A DNA stretch of 64,000 nt from Blautia sp. (GTDB taxonomy: Bacteria > Bacillota > Clostridia > Lachnospirales > Lachnospiraceae): positions 64,709-128,708 of the forward strand of contig JAMPHB010000002.1 of NCBI GenBank assembly GCA_023663685.1. Reading direction: 5' to 3'. This document shows, piece by piece, positions 17,994 through 26,565 of this stretch; the first letter of the stretch is position 1; every line of letters begins with the position of its first letter. Position numbers and translations under genes: made by a program. The notes under the pieces were generated by a model. That model was given only the letters and a program-made list of their open reading frames with translations, was not told the origin of the DNA and made no database searches.

Positions 17994-18530
17994 ATGAAAT
18001 ACACACTAAAAAATGCTGACACTGTAAATATAAGACAGCCCAGACCTGATGATGCCGCAGAAATCATAGAGGTCTTTAAGCTTGCGGATACGGAAACAAG
18101 ATTTTTGGGCAGAAATCCCGGTGAATTCAATTTTTCCATTGAAAGTGAAAGAAAGCTGATAGAAGATATTTTGACCGACAACAATCGCGTTTGGTATTTA
18201 CCGGAATATAGGGGAAAAATCGTAGGCCAGTGTGCTGCAAATATTGTCAGGAATAACGAAAGATTTCTCCATCGTGCCTCTCTCGGATTCGTTCTTTTGA
18301 AAGAATACTGGAACTTAGGCATAGGCTCCGCCATGATGGAGGAATGCCTTGCATGGTGCAGGGAGCATAAGATTGAGCTGGTGCACATTGAGGTTGTAAC
18401 GCAAAACGGGAAGGCCATCGGCCTATATAAAAAATATGGATTTGAAATCATCGGTACCACACCCCATGCCCTTAAATATCCCGACGGGACATACGCTGAC
18501 GAATACCTGATGGTAAAACAAATGTACTGA
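17994..18530 (+). CDS. GNAT-family N-acetyltransferase
   Basis: YWNLGIGSAMM, NGKAIGLYKKYGF. Confidence 0.92.
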   Translation: MKYTLKNADTVNIRQPRPDDAAEIIEVFKLADTETRFLGRNPGEFNFSIESERKLIEDILTDNNRVWYLPEYRGKIVGQCAANIVRNNERFLHRASLGFVLLKEYWNLGIGSAMMEECLAWCREHKIELVHIEVVTQNGKAIGLYKKYGFEIIGTTPHALKYPDGTYADEYLMVKQMY

Positions 18531-18548
18531 ACATTTTGGCAGACAAAT

Positions 18549-18596
18549 AAAAAGAATCTCCGCTTTTCCTGACCATAGGATTCGGAGATTCTTTTT
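18549..18596. terminator. Bidirectional terminator
   Basis: aaaaagaatctccg...cggagattcttttt between convergent genes. Confidence 0.75.
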
Positions 18597-18615
18597 CTAA
18601 TGGAAGTGGCAATCC

Positions 18616-19452
18616 CTACACGGCAAGGATAACGCCCCCGTCATTGGCATACATTGAGGACACACCCGCCGTATTGACAATCACGATTTTCTTAAACTTC
18701 GCCAGCTTCTCGATCGCCTGCTTTACGAACTCCGCCCTCTCGGGACAGTTGCAGTGGGAAATTGCAAGCACACGGTTTTCACAGTTCTTCGTCACCTTAA
18801 GCATATCCTCCACCATCTTCGTCAGAGCCTTCTTCATGCCCCTCGCCTGACCGAGCTGCTGAATCATGCCCTCCTTGGTGGAGCCCATCACCGGCTTGAT
18901 ATTTAAGGTATTGGCAACCAATGCCTTTAGATTACTAAGACGTCCCGCTTTGCGCAGGGTCTCCAGTGTCTCCAGCACAAAGAAAGTATTCATGGAAGAA
19001 ATATACTCCTCCGTCCCCTGCACTACCTCATCAAAGCTTAATCCCTTCTCTTCCAGCTCCTGCACCTTCAGCCCGATCAGGGTCTCCCCAATCGATGCCG
19101 AGCGGGAATTGAAAACATAGATGTTCTTCTTCCCATGCTCTTCTTTGTACAGCTCTGCCCCAAGCTGCGCACTGTTATAAGAACCGCTCAGCTTCCCTGA
19201 CAGCGTGACTACATAAACATTCTCCTCTTCTCCCGCGTATGCCTGCATATAGCGCTCCGGGGACGGACAGGAGGACTTGGGACTATGAATACAACGCTTT
19301 ACCCTCTGTAAAAAATCACTCTGGTTAAAGGTCTCATCGTCCGTAATCCGTACACCATCTACCTCCAGCTCCAACGGAACATGACTGAAATGGCTGTCCC
19401 CCTTCAAATCCTCAGGAAGCTCTCCGCAGCTGTCAATTACAATCTTATACAT
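18616..19452 (-). CDS. DegV-family fatty-acid-binding protein
   Basis: IVIDSCGEL, SSCPSP, SGKLSGSYNSA, L.KAGRLS, LNIKPV. Confidence 0.92.
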   Translation of the reverse strand: MYKIVIDSCGELPEDLKGDSHFSHVPLELEVDGVRITDDETFNQSDFLQRVKRCIHSPKSSCPSPERYMQAYAGEEENVYVVTLSGKLSGSYNSAQLGAELYKEEHGKKNIYVFNSRSASIGETLIGLKVQELEEKGLSFDEVVQGTEEYISSMNTFFVLETLETLRKAGRLSNLKALVANTLNIKPVMGSTKEGMIQQLGQARGMKKALTKMVEDMLKVTKNCENRVLAISHCNCPERAEFVKQAIEKLAKFKKIVIVNTAGVSSMYANDGGVILAV

Positions 19453-19743
19453 ACATTCCTCTCTTTCCCGGAAGGTTTTTAATTACCTTCACAAAAGTTT
19501 TTACTTACAAGAACAAGTAGTTTTCATTACTATGTTGATATAGTATCACGGATTAGTCACTTTGAAAAGAGGTATTTTTGTACAATTTTCAATCGGATTT
19601 ACGCTTTGCATCTTGTGCACAATGCACATGAATATCTGTTTTATATTTTCCTATTCAAATCCGCGGTAATGTAGTAAGATATCTATAGCAGGCACAAACA
19701 CAGACAAATAAGGAAGCCCTTTGCGCTTCCCACAGGAGGATAT

Positions 19744-20247
19744 ATGCTGGCACTGGCGTTGACCGATACCAAGGAATTTATGAACAAGCTGTTAAAAAGT
19801 GAGCTCTTTGACCACTTTCTTCTGCAGGAGGGCACAGTCACAGCCGGAGCCACCTGCACCATCGACGGGCGTATAAACCGGGACTTCTATTCCGGGCAGG
19901 AGCTTACGGAGCTTGCGCTCACAGACTGTCGTTTTCTCCCCTTCTCCATGCTGCGGGGAAATTTTTTCGATTTAATCAAAGGGAAAAAAGCCCCGTCCTC
20001 CTTTAAATTTATATTCTTACTCTCCCCCAAAAATCTCGCCCGCACACTGGAAAGTATCTCCAGTGCTTTCAGCCCGCAGGATATCACCGGTATTTTTCTG
20101 AATCTCCGCTATCAAAGCGGACAGATTACCCTGACCACCGGCGTATCCTACGCTGTCTTCTCTGCCGACAAGACTCTGGAGCGCGAATGGGACCGCATGG
20201 TAAAACAATTTTTGAAAAAACATGACATTTCCTATGAGGAACTTTAA
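19744..20247 (+). CDS. Conserved hypothetical protein (DUF5721-like)
   Basis: Strong SD; KEFMNKLL..FDHFLL, FDLIKGKKAPSSFKF resemble this Lachnospiraceae family. Confidence 0.65.
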   Translation: MLALALTDTKEFMNKLLKSELFDHFLLQEGTVTAGATCTIDGRINRDFYSGQELTELALTDCRFLPFSMLRGNFFDLIKGKKAPSSFKFIFLLSPKNLARTLESISSAFSPQDITGIFLNLRYQSGQITLTTGVSYAVFSADKTLEREWDRMVKQFLKKHDISYEEL

Positions 20248-20342
20248 TTTATGTCTTTACTTTTAGAAACTGATATGCTATTCTATTCACTGTAGTGCCC
20301 CATAAGGGCAGTGTTCATTATTTTATATTGGAGGTACGTTTG

Positions 20343-20546
20343 ATGAACAAAGGTACAGTAAAATGGTTTAACAACCAGAAGGGCTACGGATTCATCACCG
20401 CAGAGGATGGACATGATGTATTCGTACATTACTCAGGACTTAGCATGGAGGGCTTCAAATCACTTGATGAGGGCGCTGCTGTAGAGTTCGAGATTGCCGA
20501 CGGCGCCAAAGGGCCACAGGCCATCAATGTTGTAGTTGTAAAATAA
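20343..20546 (+). CDS. csp: Cold-shock protein
   Basis: [24 protein letters not shown]; start refined by SD GGAGG. Confidence 0.95.
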   Translation: MNKGTVKWFNNQKGYGFITAEDGHDVFVHYSGLSMEGFKSLDEGAAVEFEIADGAKGPQAINVVVVK

Positions 20547-20630
20547 TCTACAGCGCATAATCTAGTTTCTATGTACCTTTTTCTTTTAATATTCGATTGA
20601 ATGAGATTAAGATATTGGATACAACGATTA

Positions 20631-20662
20631 AAAAAACAACCGGCTTATGCCGGTTGTTTTTT
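20631..20662. terminator. Bidirectional terminator
   Basis: aaaaaacaaccggc-ttat-gccggttgtttttt. Confidence 0.85.
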
Positions 20663-20684
20663 GTTAGGCGCCAATGCGGCAGCT

Positions 20685-21188
20685 TCAGTCCTCAAACACT
20701 CTTTTAATACTGTCATAATGCAGGAAAATTCCCTGACCTGCCAGCTCCCGGATCTCCTCCGCCGTGGCAAAGCGAAAGCCGTCCGTCTCCTCACTCTGCA
20801 GCTGTATGTCCGACTCGTCTACCTCCATCTCATAACGGTAGATGTCCACAAAATAGTTATCACCCTCTCCAGGGTTCTCCCGTTTGTAGGAAAACAGATA
20901 GCCGCCCTTTGCATCCGCCACATCCAGTCCCGTCTCCTCCATGAGCTCGCGCCGCACCGCTTCCTCAGACTCTTCTCCGGCAATGGCCGCGCCCCCGGAT
21001 ACCTCCCACCAGCCCGGCGCCCATGCCTTCGTCATCACCCGCTTCGTAATCAAAAAACGCCCGTCCGGCCGCCGGATTACGCCCAGTACCGTCAGATGAT
21101 ACTCATCGTCCGCCAGTGTAAAGCGGTTGCGCTCCATCGTTCTCCCTGTCCGCTTCTTATGCTTGTCATAAATATCCCATAATTCCAT
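20685..21188 (-). CDS. NUDIX hydrolase
   Basis: Nudix box GGAAIAGEESEEAVRRELMEETGL; start refined to MELWDIYD. Confidence 0.92.
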   Translation of the reverse strand: MELWDIYDKHKKRTGRTMERNRFTLADDEYHLTVLGVIRRPDGRFLITKRVMTKAWAPGWWEVSGGAAIAGEESEEAVRRELMEETGLDVADAKGGYLFSYKRENPGEGDNYFVDIYRYEMEVDESDIQLQSEETDGFRFATAEEIRELAGQGIFLHYDSIKRVFED

Positions 21189-21320
21189 ATCTGTCCCTCC
21201 TTTTTCCAGCAAAAAAGATATGGCACTATTTCGTTATTAAAACAGCTTATAAATCTCAATCGCTACATGAAAAAACAAAAAAACATTGAACTTTTCTGCC
21301 CTTTATGTTATATTAGATAT

Positions 21321-21416
21321 TAGGAAAGCACCCACTCCAAAGTGGACTGCCTCCTGAATGGGTATAGTATCCTGACGGACACCGCCTATCCTGTTGGCTG
21401 ACAGGATAGGCATTTT
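21321..21416 (+). ncRNA. Putative antisense antitoxin RNA, TA locus 3
   Basis: TTGAAC(21286)-N17-TATATT(21309) promoter; terminator gcctatcctgt...acaggataggc-atttt. Confidence 0.55.
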
Positions 21417-21533
21417 CTATTTCTTCTTGTATCTTTCATCAAGAAAGGCAAGAAATGTAATAATCGAGCGAGCAAAGGTCGCTAACAATGTTAGTATTCC
21501 TATAAATATCGAAATGATATCTGCAGCTGTCAT
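21417..21533 (-). CDS. Putative type I (holin-like) toxin, 38 aa, MTAADIISIFIGILTLLATFARSIITFLAFLDERYKKK
   Basis: SD GGAGGTG; hydrophobic core with basic tail; ~150-nt structured 5' UTR; promoter TTGAAA-N17-TATAAT at 21719-21691. Confidence 0.75.
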   Translation of the reverse strand: MTAADIISIFIGILTLLATFARSIITFLAFLDERYKKK

Positions 21534-21760
21534 ATCACGCACCTCCCTTCCTATGTACTCCTAGCAAGCTAGGGCATCAGATTCGGAAGGCTGCCTCTAC
21601 GCTTCACTCCGGTCGGTGCTAAACAAGCGCTCCCCGGACGCTTAACGCCCTGTCATGGGCACTTTCCCAGCGGCTTTCGCCACGTTTATCATTATATCAT
21701 TACTGATGTTAAATTTCAATCTTGGCTTTCCATTCCCATGGTTCAGAACGCCTGCAGCTG

Positions 21761-22540
21761 TCACGGCGCAGGCGCGGCGCCCGTCCACTCCGTCATGTGC
21801 TTTCTGTACCACTTGGGAAGCAATGTATTCTGGCAGCGCTCATTGTGCCTCTCCCGTATCTCCATAGCAGCAACATACTGTCTCCAGAGTGACTCCACAT
21901 AATCCTCTCCGCCCTCCACCGACAGCTCCTGCCCCGCCACGAGCACACCGGCATGGTATGCCTCATGCAGCGCGGCAAGTTTTCTTTTACTGTCATAGAT
22001 GACAAAATTCTCTCCGGGAAAACGGTCGCAAAAGTGCTCCATCATAAGCGGCACCAGATTACACTTCGGCTCGACCTCCGCCCATAGAATTTCCTCCCTG
22101 ACAGAACGGAAGCGCAAAAATCCATAGAATTTATCGCACTCATTATTCACTTTCCGGGCCAGCTCCATAAGCCGCAGCACATAAGGGTCTGACAGCTGCT
22201 CCGACACACGGCTTCCCCCTGCAAATGCCCGAACGAGATAGCCGAGCGCAACGGTCGCCCTCTCCTCAGCAAAATGACACAGCGCGGCCAGAACGGTATC
22301 GTACACCCTGTAGCCTAAGCGTCTTCGGATACTGTCCGCCGTCTTTGCCGCCTTATCCATATCCGTGGCAATCTCCATCTCCCTCGCAAACAGAGTCAGA
22401 TTTCCTCCCTCCCCGACCGCAATCTGAATGCTGTCCGTATAGGGCGAAGCCATCTGGTTTTTGCACACAAACCCATCGTATATCGCTGTGAGCATCCCCT
22501 CCAGAGAATCTTCACAGTGTAAAATCAAATCCTCACTCAT
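21761..22540 (-). CDS. Putative DNA metabolism protein (TIGR03915/DUF4130)
   Basis: DSLEGMLTAIYD, GFLRF, HFCDRFP.ENFVIYD, LPKWYR; coupled to the radical SAM gene. Confidence 0.88.
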   Translation of the reverse strand: MSEDLILHCEDSLEGMLTAIYDGFVCKNQMASPYTDSIQIAVGEGGNLTLFAREMEIATDMDKAAKTADSIRRRLGYRVYDTVLAALCHFAEERATVALGYLVRAFAGGSRVSEQLSDPYVLRLMELARKVNNECDKFYGFLRFRSVREEILWAEVEPKCNLVPLMMEHFCDRFPGENFVIYDSKRKLAALHEAYHAGVLVAGQELSVEGGEDYVESLWRQYVAAMEIRERHNERCQNTLLPKWYRKHMTEWTGAAPAP

Positions 22541-24069
22541 AGTCCCACCTCAAAAAGTGAAAGCTGTTCAAAGGTCTGCTTAGTCCCGTCGGATAAGAGC
22601 AGGCGCCCCGGCCTCTCGTTATAGATCAGATGCCTTGTAATGTAGCCCTCCTCCAGCTTCGTCGGATAGAGCATACGCCCTTTGCAGGTGATAAAGTAGA
22701 GCGCACGCTTCAGTACTACTCCCAGCTTCTTAATATCCTCAAAGCCGAGAGCCGCATGTCTTCTGGCCATCAGAATCCGCCGCGCACTCTTCGTCCCGAT
22801 TCCCGGCACCCGCAGCAGCGTATAGTAATCCGCCCGGTTGATTTCCACCGGAAACTCTTCCAGATGATGCACCGCCCAGTCACACTTGGGATCCATCTGC
22901 TCATTGAAATTCGGATTGATCTCCGAGAGCAGCTCGTCTGCCTTAAATCCGTAAAAGCGGAGCAGAAAGTCCGCCTGATAGAGCCTGTGTTCCCTCAGAA
23001 GGGGAGGGCCTCCCGCGGGCGCAGGCAGCGTCTCGTCCCGATTCACATTCACAAACGCCGAATAAAAGACCCTCTTCATATCAAACCGCTCATACAATGC
23101 CTCCGTGACGGACAGAATCTGATAGTCCGTCTCATCAGTAGCCCCAATAATCATCTGTGTGCTCTGTCCCGCCGGAACAAAATAGCGGTCGGGACGCTGT
23201 AAGCCCCGGACAGTCTGCGGGGCAGGCGTCAAAGATCCTCCGGCAGGCGTCTTCCCTCCATCGTAAGCCATAAAGCCCCAGCTCTCCTCCGCTGTCCTCT
23301 GTGCATTCTTCTGCCCCAGAGCCGCCGCTCCCCGGTGGTAATCCGCCAGCCTCTCCGCACTGTCCTTAAGCTCCGCCATCTGCTCATAGTAACTCTTCTC
23401 ATCGAGATACATGCGGCTCTTCATGCTGCTGACGCCATGATTTTGCCTGCTCTCCCGGATCCCGTTCTGAATCTGGCGCATGGGGGACAGAATATTCCTG
23501 CGCACCTTGTTGGGTGCCAGCGCCCGAAGCCCCTCCCCGGTGGGAAGCTCCAGATTCACACTCATCCTGTCCGCCAGATATCCCACCTGCTCCACCAGCT
23601 CCCCGGAGGCGCCCGGAATCCCCTTGATATGCACATAACCGTGAAACCGGTACTTGCTCCGCAGCAAAAACAGCGTCTCATACAAAAGCGCCATCGTATA
23701 GTCCGGGGAATGAATGATCCCGGAACTTAGGAAAAGCCCCTCGATATAATTCCTCCGGTAAAACTCCACGGTGAGCTGACACACCTCTTCCGGCGTAAAA
23801 GTCGCCCGCTTTACATCATTGGAGGAGCGGTTGATACAGTACCTGCAGTTATAGATACATTCATTTGTCAGAAGAATCTTGAGCAGGGAGATGCATCTGC
23901 CATCTCCCGTAAAGGCGTGACAGACGCCGCTGGCTCTTGCATTCCCCATGGAACGGCCATCTCCGCCCCGCTGCACTCCGCTGGAGGTGCAGGCCACATC
24001 ATACTTCGCCGCATCCGAAAGGATGGTAAGCTTCTCCATAATACTGTCCGTCTGTGTAAGCTGATTCAT
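22537..24069 (-). CDS. Putative DNA modification/repair radical SAM protein (TIGR03916)
   Basis: AAKYDVACTSSG, CIYNCRYC, LREHRLYQAD, HhH motif LRVPGIG. Confidence 0.93.
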   Translation of the reverse strand: MNQLTQTDSIMEKLTILSDAAKYDVACTSSGVQRGGDGRSMGNARASGVCHAFTGDGRCISLLKILLTNECIYNCRYCINRSSNDVKRATFTPEEVCQLTVEFYRRNYIEGLFLSSGIIHSPDYTMALLYETLFLLRSKYRFHGYVHIKGIPGASGELVEQVGYLADRMSVNLELPTGEGLRALAPNKVRRNILSPMRQIQNGIRESRQNHGVSSMKSRMYLDEKSYYEQMAELKDSAERLADYHRGAAALGQKNAQRTAEESWGFMAYDGGKTPAGGSLTPAPQTVRGLQRPDRYFVPAGQSTQMIIGATDETDYQILSVTEALYERFDMKRVFYSAFVNVNRDETLPAPAGGPPLLREHRLYQADFLLRFYGFKADELLSEINPNFNEQMDPKCDWAVHHLEEFPVEINRADYYTLLRVPGIGTKSARRILMARRHAALGFEDIKKLGVVLKRALYFITCKGRMLYPTKLEEGYITRHLIYNERPGRLLLSDGTKQTFEQLSLFEVGL

Positions 24070-24094
24070 GTTCTATACTCCATTTCCCACTTGC

Positions 24095-24142
24095 AAACAT
24101 ATGTTCTTTATCGAGAATATCATAAGAACATGTGTTTGTCAA
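24095..24142 (-). promoter_or_regulatory. SOS promoter with two LexA-like boxes
   Basis: AAACATATGTTC (24095-24106) and GAACATGTGTTT (24126-24137) around TTGACA-N17-TATTCT. Confidence 0.7.
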
Positions 24143-24254
24143 TATTTTACTTTCATTTTCTACGGCAGTATCTTGAAATGTTCCGGTCATTTTCGGTATT
24201 GATATTTCTGTGAAAAACGGATAAAAGAAAAATGAAAACAGAAACTTCTAAAAG

Positions 24255-24289
24255 AAAAAAGGGGCAGAGCCAAAACGGCTCTGCCCTTT
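24255..24289 (-). terminator. Terminator after the Hpt gene
   Basis: gggcagagcc...ggctctgccc hairpin with U-tract on the minus strand. Confidence 0.75.
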
Positions 24290-24293
24290 ACTC

Positions 24294-24650
24294 TTAGGAG
24301 AACAGCGGTAAATCCTGCTCCTTTACCTTCTCGATAAACGCGATGGCCTTCTCATACTCCTCTTTTAACAGCTGCTGATCCTCCTCACTGGGCAGATTCC
24401 CGGCGCGCAATGCCTCCACGACCGGATTCACCCGCTCCCCAAGCCCGGACAGAGAAAGATTCCCCACCAGTCCCTTTATCGTATGAGCGGCTGCAAAGGC
24501 CTCCTCTACATTTTTCTCCTCCAGCTTATCCACCAGATTCTGAAACAGATCCCTCTCCGGAAGCTGATAGAGGAAATGCTTGAACATCTGCTCATTTCCC
24601 ATAAAACGATCCTTTGCGGACGCTACGTCAAGATACTCATTGTAATCCAT
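24294..24650 (-). CDS. Hpt phosphotransfer protein
   Basis: AAHTIKGLVGNL. Confidence 0.88.
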   Translation of the reverse strand: MDYNEYLDVASAKDRFMGNEQMFKHFLYQLPERDLFQNLVDKLEEKNVEEAFAAAHTIKGLVGNLSLSGLGERVNPVVEALRAGNLPSEEDQQLLKEEYEKAIAFIEKVKEQDLPLFS

Positions 24651-24653
24651 ATA

Positions 24654-25730
24654 CTACTCCTTTTCCGCCAGAGAATCCGACAAAAGCTCAAGCATCTCTC
24701 TCGCATCCTCAAAGCATTTTAAAATCTTCGGGTTAAACACACCACACTCACCGTTCATAATCATATGATAGGCCTCGTCCTTGCTAAAGGCCTTTTTGTA
24801 CACACGCTTGCACACCAGCGCGTCATAGACGTCCACCACCGACACCAGCTGCGCGGAAAGCGGAATCTCATCCCCCGCCAGGCCGTCGGGATAGCCCCTG
24901 CCGTCATAACGCTCGTGATGATAGCGCGCAATCTCGTATGCAGCCTTGTAATGCTCGGTATCCTGCACATCTTCCAGCATCGCCAGAATGTCGCAGCCCT
25001 TCGTGGTGTGCTGCTGCATGATCTCTCTCTCCTCGTCCGTCAGCCGCCCCGGCTTCAGCAGGATACTGTCGGGAATTGCAATCTTCCCAATATCGTGCAG
25101 AGCGGATGCCTGCACAATCGTCTTCATCTGCTCCTGTGTCAGCCCTTCCTCCGGATAGAGCTTTCTGTAGGACTCCGCCATAATCTGTGTGAGTCCCTTC
25201 ACGCGCTTGACATGCGTGCCGCTCTCCACATCCCGGAACTCCACCATATTGCTGATGGCCTCTACCAGATGGTCGTAAAATTCCTCCAGCTGATGTTCTC
25301 TCTCGTTCAGCTTGCGGTTCGAGCGCTCTAAGAGCTCCTCCAGCCGTTCCCTGCTCTGGTACATCTCAATTGCATTGAAAACCCTCTGGCGCACGATCTG
25401 CGCCACAAAGGGCTTGTAGAACATGTCCGTCACGCCCAGCGTATAGCTCTTTAACGCGGTATCCTCATCTGTGTCCGAGGTAATCAGTATGACCGGAATC
25501 TTTTCCAGCGTCCGTTCCGCATGAAGCACCTGAAGCACCTGGTAACCATCCACCACAGGCATGACCAGATCCAGAAGAATGACTGCAAGCTCATCCCGGT
25601 AATGGTTGGCGTAACGAATCGCCTCCTTGCCATTCTCGGCCATAAGGATCTCATACTCAGATTCAAACACCTGCCTCAAAAGCTCGCGGTTCATCTCCTC
25701 GTCGTCAACGATCAGTATCTTTTTTCTCAT
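24654..25730 (-). CDS. Response regulator with HD-GYP phosphodiesterase domain
   Basis: Receiver domain; LHDIGKI; HHERYDGRGYPDGL. Confidence 0.93.
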   Translation of the reverse strand: MRKKILIVDDEEMNRELLRQVFESEYEILMAENGKEAIRYANHYRDELAVILLDLVMPVVDGYQVLQVLHAERTLEKIPVILITSDTDEDTALKSYTLGVTDMFYKPFVAQIVRQRVFNAIEMYQSRERLEELLERSNRKLNEREHQLEEFYDHLVEAISNMVEFRDVESGTHVKRVKGLTQIMAESYRKLYPEEGLTQEQMKTIVQASALHDIGKIAIPDSILLKPGRLTDEEREIMQQHTTKGCDILAMLEDVQDTEHYKAAYEIARYHHERYDGRGYPDGLAGDEIPLSAQLVSVVDVYDALVCKRVYKKAFSKDEAYHMIMNGECGVFNPKILKCFEDAREMLELLSDSLAEKE

Positions 25731-25930
25731 TCCTCGTATCTCCTAAAGCTTACTTATAGTTCAAGCAGCCTGCAGTCCTTCTCCTTCCGGACCCAAACTG
25801 CTCTTCTATTATTGCACATTTGTATGAATTTGTCTATATTGCTTTTTTGCACTTTTCCGCATTTCCCATGAAACGATGTATTTTTCCCGCCTTTTGGGGA
25901 AATCTATAAGAAAAACATTGGGAGGACATT

Positions 25931-26125
25931 ATGGAATACAAAAATTCTCGGCTCAAAGGCACCGACGCCGACCCCTTTCCGAAAATGCGCGTAGATGAGA
26001 CAGACGATCCGGAAATCCCCGCGATCCGGCAGAAAAGCCTCTACAACCACAACGATAAGGCCCGCTGCGACAACAACCAGTTTTTTGAAAAACGCAGCAA
26101 TCCCTTAAGCAGCAAGGGGAATTAG
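25931..26125 (+). CDS. Small hydrophilic hypothetical protein, possibly forespore-expressed
   Basis: SD GGGAGG; upstream GTATT...GGGAAATCT resembles a sigF-type promoter. Confidence 0.55.
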   Translation: MEYKNSRLKGTDADPFPKMRVDETDDPEIPAIRQKSLYNHNDKARCDNNQFFEKRSNPLSSKGN

Positions 26126-26181
26126 CACAGACAGCCGGGAGTCCCCCGGCACAGAAACTTTATTCATCTCCGGGAGCGGGC

Positions 26182-26547
26182 TTATCCGCTCCCAATCCGG
26201 TCTGCCTCCCTCTCCAGTCTCTCGTCCGTGTTCACGGGCTGCCCCTGAATCATCGTATCCGCATGTACCTTCCCAAGCTTCTGCTGCACCACATGTCCCA
26301 GCTCGTGCCCCAGATAACGTTCCTGACCCGGCCCGACATAGACCTGATTTCCCTGCGTGTAAGCCAGCGCGTTAAGCCCTGACGTTTTCGCGGAATTGTA
26401 ATGCACCTGTACATCGTCAAGGGACAGACCGCTCCTTTTCTCTATGCGCTCCCTGAGCCGGGAGGGGATTCCCGTGCGGTTTTCTTTATCCGCTTTTTGC
26501 CCTTTCACGGCATCCTTCCCCGCCGGCTTTCTCTCATAATCAAACAT
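26182..26547 (-). CDS. Stand-alone DUF4157 (eCIS core domain) protein
   Basis: NRTGIP..L...IE..SGLSLDDVQVHYNS, ALAYTQG, HELGHVVQQ, LEREAD. Confidence 0.92.
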   Translation of the reverse strand: MFDYERKPAGKDAVKGQKADKENRTGIPSRLRERIEKRSGLSLDDVQVHYNSAKTSGLNALAYTQGNQVYVGPGQERYLGHELGHVVQQKLGKVHADTMIQGQPVNTDERLEREADRIGSG

Positions 26548-26565
26548 AATCCGCTCCCTTCTTCG

